Origin: Minisyncoccota bacterium
GTDB taxonomy: Bacteria > Patescibacteriota > Minisyncoccia > Phycocordibacterales > UBA9973
Assembly: GCA_018062425.1 (NCBI GenBank)
Contig: JAGOSH010000002.1
Location: 9,541-73,540, forward strand
Length of the DNA: 64,000 bases
Direction: 5' to 3'
Shown here piece by piece: positions 9,680 through 18,615 of the stretch. A program made the position numbers and the translations under genes. The notes beneath the pieces are model-generated. The model had not been told where the DNA came from. It saw nothing but the letters and a program-made list of their open reading frames with translations, and did not search any database. Position 1 is the stretch's first letter. Every line of letters starts with the position of its first letter.

Positions 9680-9964
9680 ATGTATACCAGAATCCCGTTT
9701 GTTCTATTGTTTGCTTCTTCTGTACTCTGGGGGCCATTTTGGTTTTCCGCGATTTTGCTCCTAATCGGTGTTGCTCTGTATAGATACTTTGTAGAAGCTC
9801 CGATTTTGATGCTTTTGGTTGACCTACTATACGGTGTGCCACTCGACAGATTCTATGGTTATACTTTTGTGGCTTTTTCTTTTGGAATGATACTTTTGTT
9901 TTTGGCAGAATATATCAAGAAAAAATCGAGGTTTAAAACTTTCTATGAAAAAAACATTTCTTAA
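9680..9964 (+). CDS. small polytopic membrane protein (MreD-like by position only)
   Basis: 94 aa with 3 predicted TM segments, immediately upstream of and overlapping PBP2. Confidence 0.4.
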   Translation: MYTRIPFVLLFASSVLWGPFWFSAILLLIGVALYRYFVEAPILMLLVDLLYGVPLDRFYGYTFVAFSFGMILLFLAEYIKKKSRFKTFYEKNIS

Positions 9965-11660
9965 AAAAAGAGGACGATATCACAATGTGCTTGTTGAACC
10001 AGATGAAATCTTCTTGGATTCTGAAAACTTGGCTGGGTTTAACGAACAACAATTCGAAGGGCGAATCGAGAAACCGATTAAAAGTCGCACGATATATTCT
10101 GTAGGCATATTTTTCGTAATTTTCATCTTAGTTTTTTCTGGACAATTGTTTAATTTGCAAATAAAAAATGGTGAATCTTATTTCAAAAGAAGCGAGAACA
10201 ATACTTTGAACAAAGCTATCATTTTTGCCGAACGAGGAATTATTTATGATCGCAACGGTGTAGAACTAGCTTGGAATAGTAAACCAGACGTCGCCGAGGC
10301 GGGAGTTTTTTCAACCAGGATGTACAAGACCCCGGGATTTTCTCATGTGCTCGGTTATCTCTCCGCTCCAGCCAAGGATGACAAAGGTGTATTCTGGCAA
10401 ACCGAATTCGTAGGCAAGGACGGTTTGGAAAAAATTTATGCTGACAGGTTGGCTGGAGAGAATGGTGCTAAAGTAATAGAAATAGACGCTCATGGAGCAG
10501 TTCATTCGGAAAATATAGTAAACACTCCGAAGCGAGGCGAAGACCTGTACACCACGATCGACTCGCGACTGCAAGCGGAGCTGTATAACCTGATAGCAGA
10601 ACATTCCCGAGCAAATTCTTTCATCGGTGGTGCGGGAATAATTATAGACGTAGGAAGTGGTGAAATTTTAACTTCGACCAGTTACCCTGAATACGACCCA
10701 TTAGTGCTTTCTTTTGGTAAAGATTCTGAGAAAATTCAAGGCTATCTAAAAGACAAACGTAAAGTTTTTCTAGATAGAGCTATCTCTGGGTTGTATGCTC
10801 CTGGTTCGATAGTCAAACCGTTTTTTGCTCTGGGAGCTTTGGCAGAAAAAATAATAGACCCATACAAAGAAATACTTTCGACTGGATCCATCGCGATTCC
10901 TAACCCATACGTAAAAGGCGCGGAAACAGTCTTCAAAGACTGGAAGGCTCATGGTTGGACAGATATGAGTGAAGCGATTGCGGTTTCTTCGGACGTGTAT
11001 TTTTATGCTATTGGTGGTGGTTTCGAGTCGCAGAGAGGATTAGGAATTAGTAATCTAAATAAATACGCGAGACTTTTTGGAATTGGAGAAAAAACCGGAG
11101 TTGATTTACCGGACGAGAAGAGTGGAAACATACCCAGCCCCGAATGGAAACTAAAGACTTTCAAAAATGATCCTTGGCGCATAGGTGACACCTACCACAC
11201 CGCTATCGGTCAATATGGTTTTCAAGTTACACCCCTCGAGATGGCTCGGGCTACGGCGGCGCTAGCAAATGGAGGCACATTGGTAACTCCTCATTTTATA
11301 AACAAGGACGACAAGGGAGCTCCTGTAAAGCAAATAGTTGATGATAAAATTTTGGATTCGCATTATACTAGTGTGAGAGAGGGGATGCGAGAGGCGGTGA
11401 CATATGGTGCAGCTTTAACCATGAATGTCCCTTTTGTAGATGTTGCAGCTAAAACCGGTACAGCCCAAGTCGGTATTTCGAAAAATAAAGTGAATTCTTG
11501 GGTCATAGGTTTCTTCCCGTATGAGAACCCCAAATATGCTTTTACTGTTATGATGGAATCTGGGCCAGCAGTCGGTACCGTAGGTGCAGCCCCGATAATG
11601 CGCCAATTACTGGACTGGATGGCCATTTATACCCCAGAATACTTCGATAAACAACCTTAG
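9945..11660 (+). CDS. mrdA: penicillin-binding protein 2 (transpeptidase)
   Basis: SxxK (SIVKP), SxD (SSD) and KTGTAQ motifs, with an N-terminal TM helix. Confidence 0.85.
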   Translation: MKKTFLKKRGRYHNVLVEPDEIFLDSENLAGFNEQQFEGRIEKPIKSRTIYSVGIFFVIFILVFSGQLFNLQIKNGESYFKRSENNTLNKAIIFAERGIIYDRNGVELAWNSKPDVAEAGVFSTRMYKTPGFSHVLGYLSAPAKDDKGVFWQTEFVGKDGLEKIYADRLAGENGAKVIEIDAHGAVHSENIVNTPKRGEDLYTTIDSRLQAELYNLIAEHSRANSFIGGAGIIIDVGSGEILTSTSYPEYDPLVLSFGKDSEKIQGYLKDKRKVFLDRAISGLYAPGSIVKPFFALGALAEKIIDPYKEILSTGSIAIPNPYVKGAETVFKDWKAHGWTDMSEAIAVSSDVYFYAIGGGFESQRGLGISNLNKYARLFGIGEKTGVDLPDEKSGNIPSPEWKLKTFKNDPWRIGDTYHTAIGQYGFQVTPLEMARATAALANGGTLVTPHFINKDDKGAPVKQIVDDKILDSHYTSVREGMREAVTYGAALTMNVPFVDVAAKTGTAQVGISKNKVNSWVIGFFPYENPKYAFTVMMESGPAVGTVGAAPIMRQLLDWMAIYTPEYFDKQP

Positions 11661-11683
11661 GCCTTTACAAAGTCAACAATATA

Positions 11684-12730
11684 GTGTATAATATACAAGT
11701 GAATAAATTTCTACAAAAGTTAAAAAATCATCTAATCCCACACGAGGGTAATAATTTTGAACCCCACATAGCAAAGCGTCAGGCGTTTAAATTTGCAGTA
11801 CTTTTGCTTGTGATTCTAGAACTTGGACTATTGGTTCAAGTATTTGTAGTTTTCGATAAAACCAAGTTCTTAGCTTCTGTTTTACCAGGGGTTCTTACTA
11901 GTATGACGAACGAAAAAAGAACCGAGAATCAGCTAGCTACTCTGACAACCAACCCATTACTAGTACAAGCTGCCCAACTGAAAGCAAATGACATGGCAGC
12001 GCGAGGATACTTTTCACACGATACTCCTGACGGCAAAACTCCGTGGTACTGGCTGGACCAAGTCGGTTACACATACCAATATGCTGGTGAAAACTTAGCG
12101 GTAAATTTCGTCGAATCAAAAGACGTTACCGAAGCTTGGATGAATTCTCCATCACACAGAGCAAACATAGTGAAAGGTAGCTATACTGAAATCGGTATAG
12201 CCGTTTCGAGCGGTATGTATAAAGGCAGAGAAAGTATTTTCGTGGTTCAATTTTTCGGAAAGCCAATTACAAAAACTCGGTTGAGCGACATAATATCAAT
12301 AACCAACACCAAACCTGCCACTACTAACACTAAACCAGCGACTACTAAAACGACAGACACTAAAGTAGTTAGTACTAAACCAACTGAAGTCAAAAAAGAG
12401 GCGCCAAAACAAGTATCCGGACAAGCTGTTGCCACTCCAGAAAAAGTTGTTAAAAAGGTGCCGACTGACAAGGTTTTGGGTGAAGATATCGAAGCCGCAC
12501 TCACTTCACCAAAAAGCTCTCTGAAAACAATTTACTTGGTTGTGGGTGTATTGGCTATGATGTTGTTGTTGAGCTGGCTCAGATTCAAAAATGCTCCGGT
12601 CAAAGCGATATTGCGTAGCGCCTTTCTAATAGCGGTGATAGTGGCCCTTGTGTACATAAATGAGAAAATATTTCCGGTCAATACACTGACCCCGACTCCT
12701 TCTGCAAACAGTATTTCAGTAGAAAAATAA
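11684..12730 (+). CDS. CAP/SCP (YkwD-like) domain protein with Thr/Lys-rich linker and C-terminal TM segments
   Basis: YFSHDTPDGKTPW, GENLA and WMNSPSHRANI are CAP domain blocks. The more likely start is the GTG at 11699, because TTTACA (11664-69), 17 nt, TATAAT (11687-92) lies 6 nt upstream of it. Confidence 0.7.
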   Translation: MYNIQVNKFLQKLKNHLIPHEGNNFEPHIAKRQAFKFAVLLLVILELGLLVQVFVVFDKTKFLASVLPGVLTSMTNEKRTENQLATLTTNPLLVQAAQLKANDMAARGYFSHDTPDGKTPWYWLDQVGYTYQYAGENLAVNFVESKDVTEAWMNSPSHRANIVKGSYTEIGIAVSSGMYKGRESIFVVQFFGKPITKTRLSDIISITNTKPATTNTKPATTKTTDTKVVSTKPTEVKKEAPKQVSGQAVATPEKVVKKVPTDKVLGEDIEAALTSPKSSLKTIYLVVGVLAMMLLLSWLRFKNAPVKAILRSAFLIAVIVALVYINEKIFPVNTLTPTPSANSISVEK

Positions 12731-12782
12731 GGAAAATAATCCAAACTAGCTTCGAGTTTTATGTTTTGGTATAATAAAGCCC

Positions 12783-12986
12783 ATGCAAAAGGCAAAATTA
12801 TTTTTAGTGCTTGGTTTCTGGATCGCAGTACTACCTTACTTGGGTTTCCCGATATTACTCAAAAATATATTGTTTTCAATTACCGGTTTGATTCTGGTTT
12901 ATTTTGGTTTGCTTATACGCTCAAAAATGCCTAAGAACAAGAAAAACTTCGACAACTTTTCTGAAAATAATTCTCATAATTTTTAA
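12783..12986 (+). CDS. small membrane protein, unknown function
   Basis: 67 aa with 2 TM segments. TGGTATAAT (12767-12775) lies 7 nt upstream of the ATG. Confidence 0.45.
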   Translation: MQKAKLFLVLGFWIAVLPYLGFPILLKNILFSITGLILVYFGLLIRSKMPKNKKNFDNFSENNSHNF

Positions 12987-12989
12987 TCA

Positions 12990-14219
12990 ATGCAAATACA
13001 AAATTTTTTTAAAGACAGGAAGGTGCGAATAGCTGGAGTGGTAATACTCGTGGTTATTTTTTTCTTTCTGGGGGCTTATTTCGGGGGTAAACACAGTGAA
13101 CAGTTAGGAAAATTCGTACCACTCTCAGAAATCAGTGGAGAAATGAAACCAGGAGTGAACTTCGAATCATTCTGGAAGGTTTGGAATGCTATAGACGAAA
13201 AGCATCCTGGAGCCAAGGATGTAACCGACGAAGAAAGAGTCTACGGAGCAATCAAAGGATTGGTTGGTTCACTCAAAGATCCATATAGCAACTTCTTTGA
13301 TCCGTATGAGACCGAACTATTTGAAGCTGACATTGCTGGAAACTTCAGTGGTGTTGGTATGGAAATCGGAATCAAAGACGGAATACTGACCGTGATCGCT
13401 CCACTGAAAGACACTCCTGCTTACAAAGCTGGAATCAAGTCCGGTGACAAAATACTCAAAATCAACGACACAGTGACCAACGACATGACCGTAGACGAAG
13501 CCATCAAGAAAATCCGCGGTGAACGTGGTACAACTGTAACCTTGAGTATTTTCCATGAAGATGATGTGGAGCCAAAAGAAATAAAAATCACTCGAGACAT
13601 CATAAATGTTCCAACACTCAAAACAGAATTGCGCAAAGACGGTATTTTCGTTATAGAGCTTTACAGCTTCTCAGCAACTTCAGCGGACCTTTTCCGAAAT
13701 GCTATCAAAGAATTTACCGAATCAAATAGCGATAAGTTGCTATTAGACTTGCGTGGTAACCCTGGTGGCTATTTGGAGGCGGCAGTAGATATGGCTTCTT
13801 GGTTCCTCGACAGTGGCAAAGCTGTAGTTATAGAAGACTATGGTGAGAATAAAGAGGAGAGCAAGTACCGAAGTAGTGGTTATGATATTTTCAACGATAA
13901 TTTAAAATTTGTCATATTGGTTGATGGTGGTTCGGCTTCCGCTTCAGAGATTTTGGCTGGTGCGATGCAAGACTATCACAAAGCTAAACTAGTTGGCACC
14001 AAAACTTATGGTAAAGGCTCAGTACAAGAAGTCGTAGAAGTAGGCAAAGATACTATTTTTAAAGTAACGGTAGCTAACTGGCTGACCCCAAACAAAAACT
14101 CGATTTCAGGCAAGGGTCTGACTCCGGACGTCGAGGTTAAATTCACCGCGGAGGATTTGAAAAACAAGAAAGATCCACAATTGGACAAAGCGGTAGAACT
14201 TTTGCTAAATTGGAAGTAA
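12990..14219 (+). CDS. ctpA: S41 C-terminal processing peptidase with PDZ domain
   Basis: [24 protein letters not shown] (PDZ), LDLRGNPGG and SASASE. Confidence 0.85.
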   Translation: MQIQNFFKDRKVRIAGVVILVVIFFFLGAYFGGKHSEQLGKFVPLSEISGEMKPGVNFESFWKVWNAIDEKHPGAKDVTDEERVYGAIKGLVGSLKDPYSNFFDPYETELFEADIAGNFSGVGMEIGIKDGILTVIAPLKDTPAYKAGIKSGDKILKINDTVTNDMTVDEAIKKIRGERGTTVTLSIFHEDDVEPKEIKITRDIINVPTLKTELRKDGIFVIELYSFSATSADLFRNAIKEFTESNSDKLLLDLRGNPGGYLEAAVDMASWFLDSGKAVVIEDYGENKEESKYRSSGYDIFNDNLKFVILVDGGSASASEILAGAMQDYHKAKLVGTKTYGKGSVQEVVEVGKDTIFKVTVANWLTPNKNSISGKGLTPDVEVKFTAEDLKNKKDPQLDKAVELLLNWK

Positions 14220-14223
14220 TACA

Positions 14224-14670
14224 ATGAAAGTCATATTCTTAAAAGATGTACCCAGAGTAGGGAAGCGCCACGAGGTCAAAGACGTCAACGACGGCTATGC
14301 TTTGAACTTCCTCTTGCCACATAAAATGGCTGAGCTAGCTACCCCCAAAGCCTTAAAAGAGCTTGAAACTAGAAAAAGCAAAATCGTAGTAGAGCGCCAG
14401 GTGCAGGAGGATTTGCTACTGCGGAACCTAGAAGAACTAAAGGGTAAAGTAATAACTATCAACGCAAAGGCCAACGAGAAGGGAAGTCTGTTCTCCTCTA
14501 TTCACAAAAAAGAAATTATAGAAGTGATGTTCAAAGAACACAAAGCCACCTTGTCCGAAGAATCCATAGCGTTAGATAAGCCAATAAAAGAAACCGGCGA
14601 ATTCGACATCCAGGTTGAAGTTAACAAAAAGAAGTCCTCATTCAAACTCGTTATTGAAGCAATACAGTAA
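14224..14670 (+). CDS. rplI: 50S ribosomal protein L9
   Basis: [32 protein letters not shown]. Confidence 0.9.
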   Translation: MKVIFLKDVPRVGKRHEVKDVNDGYALNFLLPHKMAELATPKALKELETRKSKIVVERQVQEDLLLRNLEELKGKVITINAKANEKGSLFSSIHKKEIIEVMFKEHKATLSEESIALDKPIKETGEFDIQVEVNKKKSSFKLVIEAIQ

Positions 14671-14673
14671 ACC

Positions 14674-14701
14674 TTGCTTTTTCTCTAACTCGTGTTATAA
14701 T
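14674..14701 (+). promoter_or_regulatory. sigma70-type promoter with extended -10
   Basis: TTGCTT (14674-79), 16 nt, TGTTATAAT (14693-14701). Confidence 0.45.
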
Positions 14702-14717
14702 AAGCTCAGATTATATT

Positions 14718-14772
14718 TAGGTTAAAAATAGCTCAGTGGTTATACATAGACCTTTGAGCTATTTTTAACCTA
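14718..14772 (+). other. 18-bp perfect inverted repeat (leader hairpin or rplI terminator)
   Basis: taggttaaaaatagctca (14718-35) is the exact reverse complement of tgagctatttttaaccta (14755-72), with a 19-nt loop. Confidence 0.6.
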
Positions 14773-14793
14773 GTTCAAAATTGTTTTTTTACA

Positions 14794-16122
14794 ATGAAAC
14801 AAACTGTTTTTCATCTCTTTTTTTGGGCGATTTTATCGCTATCCGCCGCAAGTTGCTTCAGCACTAAGGGCTACCATCTGAACAATCAAAACGAATGGGC
14901 CAAAAGCCCTAACATTGATTCCTTGGCCTTCGAAGCATTAATGGACGCCGAAAATATATGGAGTCAACCGGAATTATTCGAACCCATCGGTTTCAGTAAA
15001 TTCTCCACAGCAGGTGGTGACTTTATTATCAACAAAACCGACAAGGCAACTGTACAGATTGACTTCAATTTTGATGGCACAACGGCTGAAGTTACCTTCC
15101 TGTATAGCGGCTGGCAAGGCCACTGGATGTACGCCCAAGGCGAAGATGGCTGGCAACTGGTCAACAAGTTTTACTCAAGTCGGTTTGTGCCGGCTATTGA
15201 TGAGTACATCAACCCGATGATCCAATGGCTAAACACCGCCGCGCTCCGTAGCGATCTGGCCTGGCTTACTGAATTTGTTGGCGAGGAGATAGAAGCCCAG
15301 GATGCTACCGTGATTTATCACAGCGCCGATTCTCCTGTTCAAAGAAAGTTCTGGGCTGATCAAGTAATCGAGCAATCCGTCCTTTTTGAAGAAAGAATAA
15401 AAGCAATGCAACCTGATACTACCTACATAGATAGTGAAGGGTGGCCTGTTGAAATATTCTTTCTGTATGGGCTTCGGTTTGAAACAAACTGGAGTCAAGA
15501 TCATTCCTTGCGATTATGCATGATTTCAGACACTGCTAGTGGACTGAACTCAATGTTGTATGAAATTCTCGAAGGGGATTGGCACGGTCAGGTTTGGAAA
15601 CAAACCAACAAAAACGACGTATCCGGACAGTGGAGAAACACAGACGAAACCTGGAACTATAAAGTTTCAGAAGACAGACAAAGTATCTCTACTGACAACG
15701 ACTATCCTCCACACAGAGAGATGGCACCTATCCCTGAAACAGGACAGCAACTGCAAGATTTTCTGGGGAAGCTTGAATACCTCAACGCAAAATGGTCCGA
15801 ATCCGTTACTTTGGACGCGACCATGATGGACTCCGATTCGGTTGTCTGGGACGTTACCTACACAACCGATCCGCAGTTTGATTGGACTTGGGAATATCTA
15901 AACCAAACAACTCCCACGTCGGGTTCGGTTTACTATTTCGACGCCGCTGGTAATTGCCTCCGAGGCAGCCACATTTCCTACCAAATGGAATTCGCTGAGA
16001 TGAAAGAAACAACTCCGACAAGTACAACAAAAATGAAAATCGTACGCTTTTCCGGAAATCTCTATGAATTGGACTGTTTGAGTACCCCACCCATTCCGTT
16101 TGAAAAAACAGGATTGAAATAA
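14794..16122 (+). CDS. orphan lipoprotein, unknown function
   Basis: Lipobox-like LSAASC after a hydrophobic N-terminus. 442 aa, rich in Trp, Gln and Asp. No family recognised. Confidence 0.6.
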   Translation: MKQTVFHLFFWAILSLSAASCFSTKGYHLNNQNEWAKSPNIDSLAFEALMDAENIWSQPELFEPIGFSKFSTAGGDFIINKTDKATVQIDFNFDGTTAEVTFLYSGWQGHWMYAQGEDGWQLVNKFYSSRFVPAIDEYINPMIQWLNTAALRSDLAWLTEFVGEEIEAQDATVIYHSADSPVQRKFWADQVIEQSVLFEERIKAMQPDTTYIDSEGWPVEIFFLYGLRFETNWSQDHSLRLCMISDTASGLNSMLYEILEGDWHGQVWKQTNKNDVSGQWRNTDETWNYKVSEDRQSISTDNDYPPHREMAPIPETGQQLQDFLGKLEYLNAKWSESVTLDATMMDSDSVVWDVTYTTDPQFDWTWEYLNQTTPTSGSVYYFDAAGNCLRGSHISYQMEFAEMKETTPTSTTKMKIVRFSGNLYELDCLSTPPIPFEKTGLK

Positions 16123-16145
16123 TAGAAGTGCAATTGCAATAATGC

Positions 16146-16198
16146 AGCCGCCCACGAAGAACTCAAAAGCCGTTCTTCCAAGGGCGGCTTTTGTTTTG
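16146..16198 (+). terminator. intrinsic terminator
   Basis: GCCGCCC..GAAGAAC pairs with GTTCTTC..GGGCGGC, followed by TTTTGTTTTG. Confidence 0.65.
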
Positions 16199-16219
16199 CA
16201 ATTTTTATAATTCAGGTAA

Positions 16220-16245
16220 CAAAAAATCCCCGTTAGGGGACTTTT
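16220..16245 (-). terminator. weak intrinsic terminator after rpmA
   Basis: Minus-strand TCCCC-taac-GGGGA followed by TTTTTT. Confidence 0.4.
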
Positions 16246-16256
16246 ATTTTCAGAGA

Positions 16257-16532
16257 TTAAACTTTTACGTTTACAACTTTGTTCACTTTTGTTTTACCGT
16301 TGAAAGAAGTCTTACGCTTAGATCCGAATTTCACAGTTCCAGCTTTGAGTGCAAACAGGGTATGATCCTTGCCCATGCCGACGTTTTCACCGGCTAGTAT
16401 TCTGGTACCGCGTTGACGTACTATCACAGAGCCTGGTTGTGCCTTCTGGCCATCAGCAAGCTTAGTACCTAGGTACTTTGGATTCGAGTCTCTTAAGTTT
16501 TTGGCGGTTCCGCCGGCTTTACGTGTTGCCAT
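16257..16532 (-). CDS. rpmA: 50S ribosomal protein L27
   Basis: [32 protein letters not shown]. Confidence 0.95.
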   Translation of the reverse strand: MATRKAGGTAKNLRDSNPKYLGTKLADGQKAQPGSVIVRQRGTRILAGENVGMGKDHTLFALKAGTVKFGSKRKTSFNGKTKVNKVVNVKV

Positions 16533-16571
16533 GTTTTTTTATATTCCTATTGCTATAATAAATCTATAGGG

Positions 16572-16976
16572 TTGAGTATATATAAATATATGGAAAAAAT
16601 CAAGCGATTTATAAAAAGCGACCAAGGCAAGGATTTGTGGATAGTACTAATAGTCTTTTTGGTCGGATCGGTATCCTTTGGATTAGGCAGACTTTCAGCT
16701 TCAGATACGGGTGGCCTGGACATAAAGTACACCAACCTAGAGGCTTCTGGCCTCACAGGAGCCCAAGAGGCTAGGGTATTCCTACAAAACAACCCAAAGC
16801 TCGATAAGTCGACCCAAGCCGTTAAAAAGGCATTTTACGCATCTAGTCGAGGCAAGAAATATTATTCGGCGGATTGTAGCGCTGGAAATACTATTAAGCC
16901 TGAGAATAGAATATATTTTGAGACTGCGGAGAGAGCGGAGTCTGCCGGGTATTCATTGTCTACTGCTTGTCGCTAA
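16572..16976 (+). CDS. membrane-anchored protein with conserved C-terminal Cys motif (Ada Zn-binding-like)
   Basis: One TM helix. The C-terminus is FYASSRGKKYYSADCSAGNTIKPENRIYFETAERAESAGYSLSTAC. The ATG at 16590 is the more likely start. Confidence 0.55.
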   Translation: MSIYKYMEKIKRFIKSDQGKDLWIVLIVFLVGSVSFGLGRLSASDTGGLDIKYTNLEASGLTGAQEARVFLQNNPKLDKSTQAVKKAFYASSRGKKYYSADCSAGNTIKPENRIYFETAERAESAGYSLSTACR

Positions 16977-17086
16977 GATTATACGCAGGGTAGAAGTATC
17001 AGGAACAAAAACAAGGGCCGTTTGACCCTTTATTTTAAATACATACCATGTCGCACAATATATCTTTGGTAAAGTACCTTATAATC

Positions 17087-17122
17087 AAAAAAGCCCCTGG
17101 AATGCTAGAAATGGGGCTTTTG
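17087..17122. terminator. bidirectional intrinsic terminator
   Basis: aaaaaagcccc pairs with ggggctttt around a 15-nt loop, flanked by A and T runs. Confidence 0.6.
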
Positions 17123-17146
17123 AACTTCCTTATATAACTTAAGCTT

Positions 17147-17293
17147 CTACCAAACGCTCCAGAATAGGTTCTCTATCCAGGCCCAGACTCCTGTGAAGGT
17201 CAATCCGTAATAACGCATGATCAGCAAAAATATTACGATAGAAATAATAACCTCGAGGAATCCTCCTTGTTTATTTTTTAAATTTTTACTCAT
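17147..17293 (-). CDS. candidate 48-aa single-TM protein (below the ORF-track cutoff)
   Basis: Hand translation gives MSKNLKNKQGGFLEVIISIVIFLLIMRYYGLTFTGVWAWIENLFWSVW. It is preceded by TTGCCA (17323-28), 17 nt, TAAAAT (17300-05), 6 nt, ATG, and followed by the 17087-17122 terminator. Confidence 0.4.
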   Translation of the reverse strand: MSKNLKNKQGGFLEVIISIVIFLLIMRYYGLTFTGVWAWIENLFWSVW

Positions 17294-17307
17294 GGATTAA
17301 TTTTACG

Positions 17308-18615
17308 CTAGTTTTTATAAGGTGGCAAATATATCATCGGATCTAAGTACGCATTGGTTGCGGCCAAAGGTTGGGTCAAAGTTTTGCCTGAACAAGACTT
17401 TGAAGGCACTGTTTGCACTCCGGCGGCCGAGCTCGCGTACAAAGTTATGTGTAGATGCGGACCCGTGACTCGTCCAGTAGCACCAGAGTAGCCGACAACC
17501 TCACCTCGAGACACTTTTTGCCCAGTATAAACTTTCTGCAAAGAAAGGTGTCCATAGGTAGCTGACAGTCCATTATCAAACTCGATGAATATCCATTTAC
17601 CGAACGATGCTCCCGGACAAGTGGTATCAGTGTCGCCGAAACCACGCACTGTACCACCAGCCATAGATTTGACCGGTGTGCCTACAGACGCCCTGAAGTC
17701 CACACCGCTGTGACTTCCGGATGCGTACAATCGCTTTGCAGCGACTGTTTTACCGAAAAGTTGTGTCACATACACATTATCAATTGGCCAGGCCAATACT
17801 CCAGCGGATGGTAGTGTTGAAGGATCTAAAATATATTTTAGTTTTGATTCAAAGTCCCGAAGCTCTTGTTCGAGAGCTAATTTCTTTGCAGTTTGCTCTC
17901 TCAATAATTTCTGATAATTCGCTTCGTTATTTTTAGTTAACTTTAATAAATTATTTTTTTCTTTTGTGTTTTGTTCGGTGATTTTCTTTTGGTCAGACAA
18001 GTCGTTTTTAAGCGAACTTAGTTCATTGCGAGCTACGGTCGTCTCGTCTCTGGTATCAACCAGTTCGTTTTTTACTACGGTGAGCTCCCCTATCTGTTTT
18101 ATAACTTTTTCTCTTATTGAAATCATATTGTCCACATCAGTCCAGGTGTCCGCAAAATTGTTACCGGCGAGCAAGGTTGTCAGAATTAAATTGTCTGATT
18201 CGATTTCGTTTACTCGACGTAATCCAGCCATCACTGCCCTCTCGTTATTTGAAATGGAACTTTCTTTCTTTCCGATATCAGTATTCAACGAAGAAATTTT
18301 TAGATTGGTTTTCTCTATTTTTTTCTCAGTTAAATTTATGTCAGCATTTAACTTTTTTTTAGTCAGATCCAGCTGTTTTATTTGATTCGCCAGAGAGTCT
18401 TTTTGAGCGCCTATGTTATTTAGCTGGCTCTGGTAGCTTTTGATTTCCTGCTCAATTTTTTCGATGTCTGCGCTCTTTTCGTTTATTCTATTTTGTAATT
18501 CTTCGGCTGTTTGACCGTAGACAAAATATGGCAAAAGTAGCATACAGAGTATGCCAAGTACAACAGGTAGCTTATGTCTAAGCAATTGCTTTTTGTAGTC
18601 GTTTGATTGTTTCAT
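17308..18615 (-). CDS. M23 family metallopeptidase with N-terminal coiled coil (EnvC-like)
   Basis: HSGVDFRA, YGHLS and TGPHLH are M23 motifs. A long coiled-coil N-terminal half follows a TM helix. Confidence 0.85.
   Translation of the reverse strand: MKQSNDYKKQLLRHKLPVVLGILCMLLLPYFVYGQTAEELQNRINEKSADIEKIEQEIKSYQSQLNNIGAQKDSLANQIKQLDLTKKKLNADINLTEKKIEKTNLKISSLNTDIGKKESSISNNERAVMAGLRRVNEIESDNLILTTLLAGNNFADTWTDVDNMISIREKVIKQIGELTVVKNELVDTRDETTVARNELSSLKNDLSDQKKITEQNTKEKNNLLKLTKNNEANYQKLLREQTAKKLALEQELRDFESKLKYILDPSTLPSAGVLAWPIDNVYVTQLFGKTVAAKRLYASGSHSGVDFRASVGTPVKSMAGGTVRGFGDTDTTCPGASFGKWIFIEFDNGLSATYGHLSLQKVYTGQKVSRGEVVGYSGATGRVTGPHLHITLYASSAAGVQTVPSKSCSGKTLTQPLAATNAYLDPMIYLPPYKN

Noticed and set aside
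12301-12350. Tandem nucleotide repeat (aacaccaaacc.gc.actact) considered as a repeat array.
   Set aside because: It is in-frame coding for a TNTKPATT linker repeat inside the CAP-domain protein. It is not a CRISPR or intergenic repeat.
14727-14745. tRNA-like sequence ATAGCTCAGTGGTTA, considered as a tRNA gene.
   Set aside because: No anticodon or T arm can be folded. The match is confined to a D-arm-like stretch inside an 18-bp hairpin.
14794-16122. Apparent high-GC island suggesting horizontal transfer of the lipoprotein gene.
   Set aside because: Hand counts show about 48-52% GC, which is the same as the neighbouring rplI and other housekeeping genes such as topA. The real outliers in this window are the AT-rich segments.
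17051-17140. 29-codon plus-strand ORF between two terminators.
   Set aside because: It has a poor -10 match, and the ORF runs through a strong terminator hairpin.
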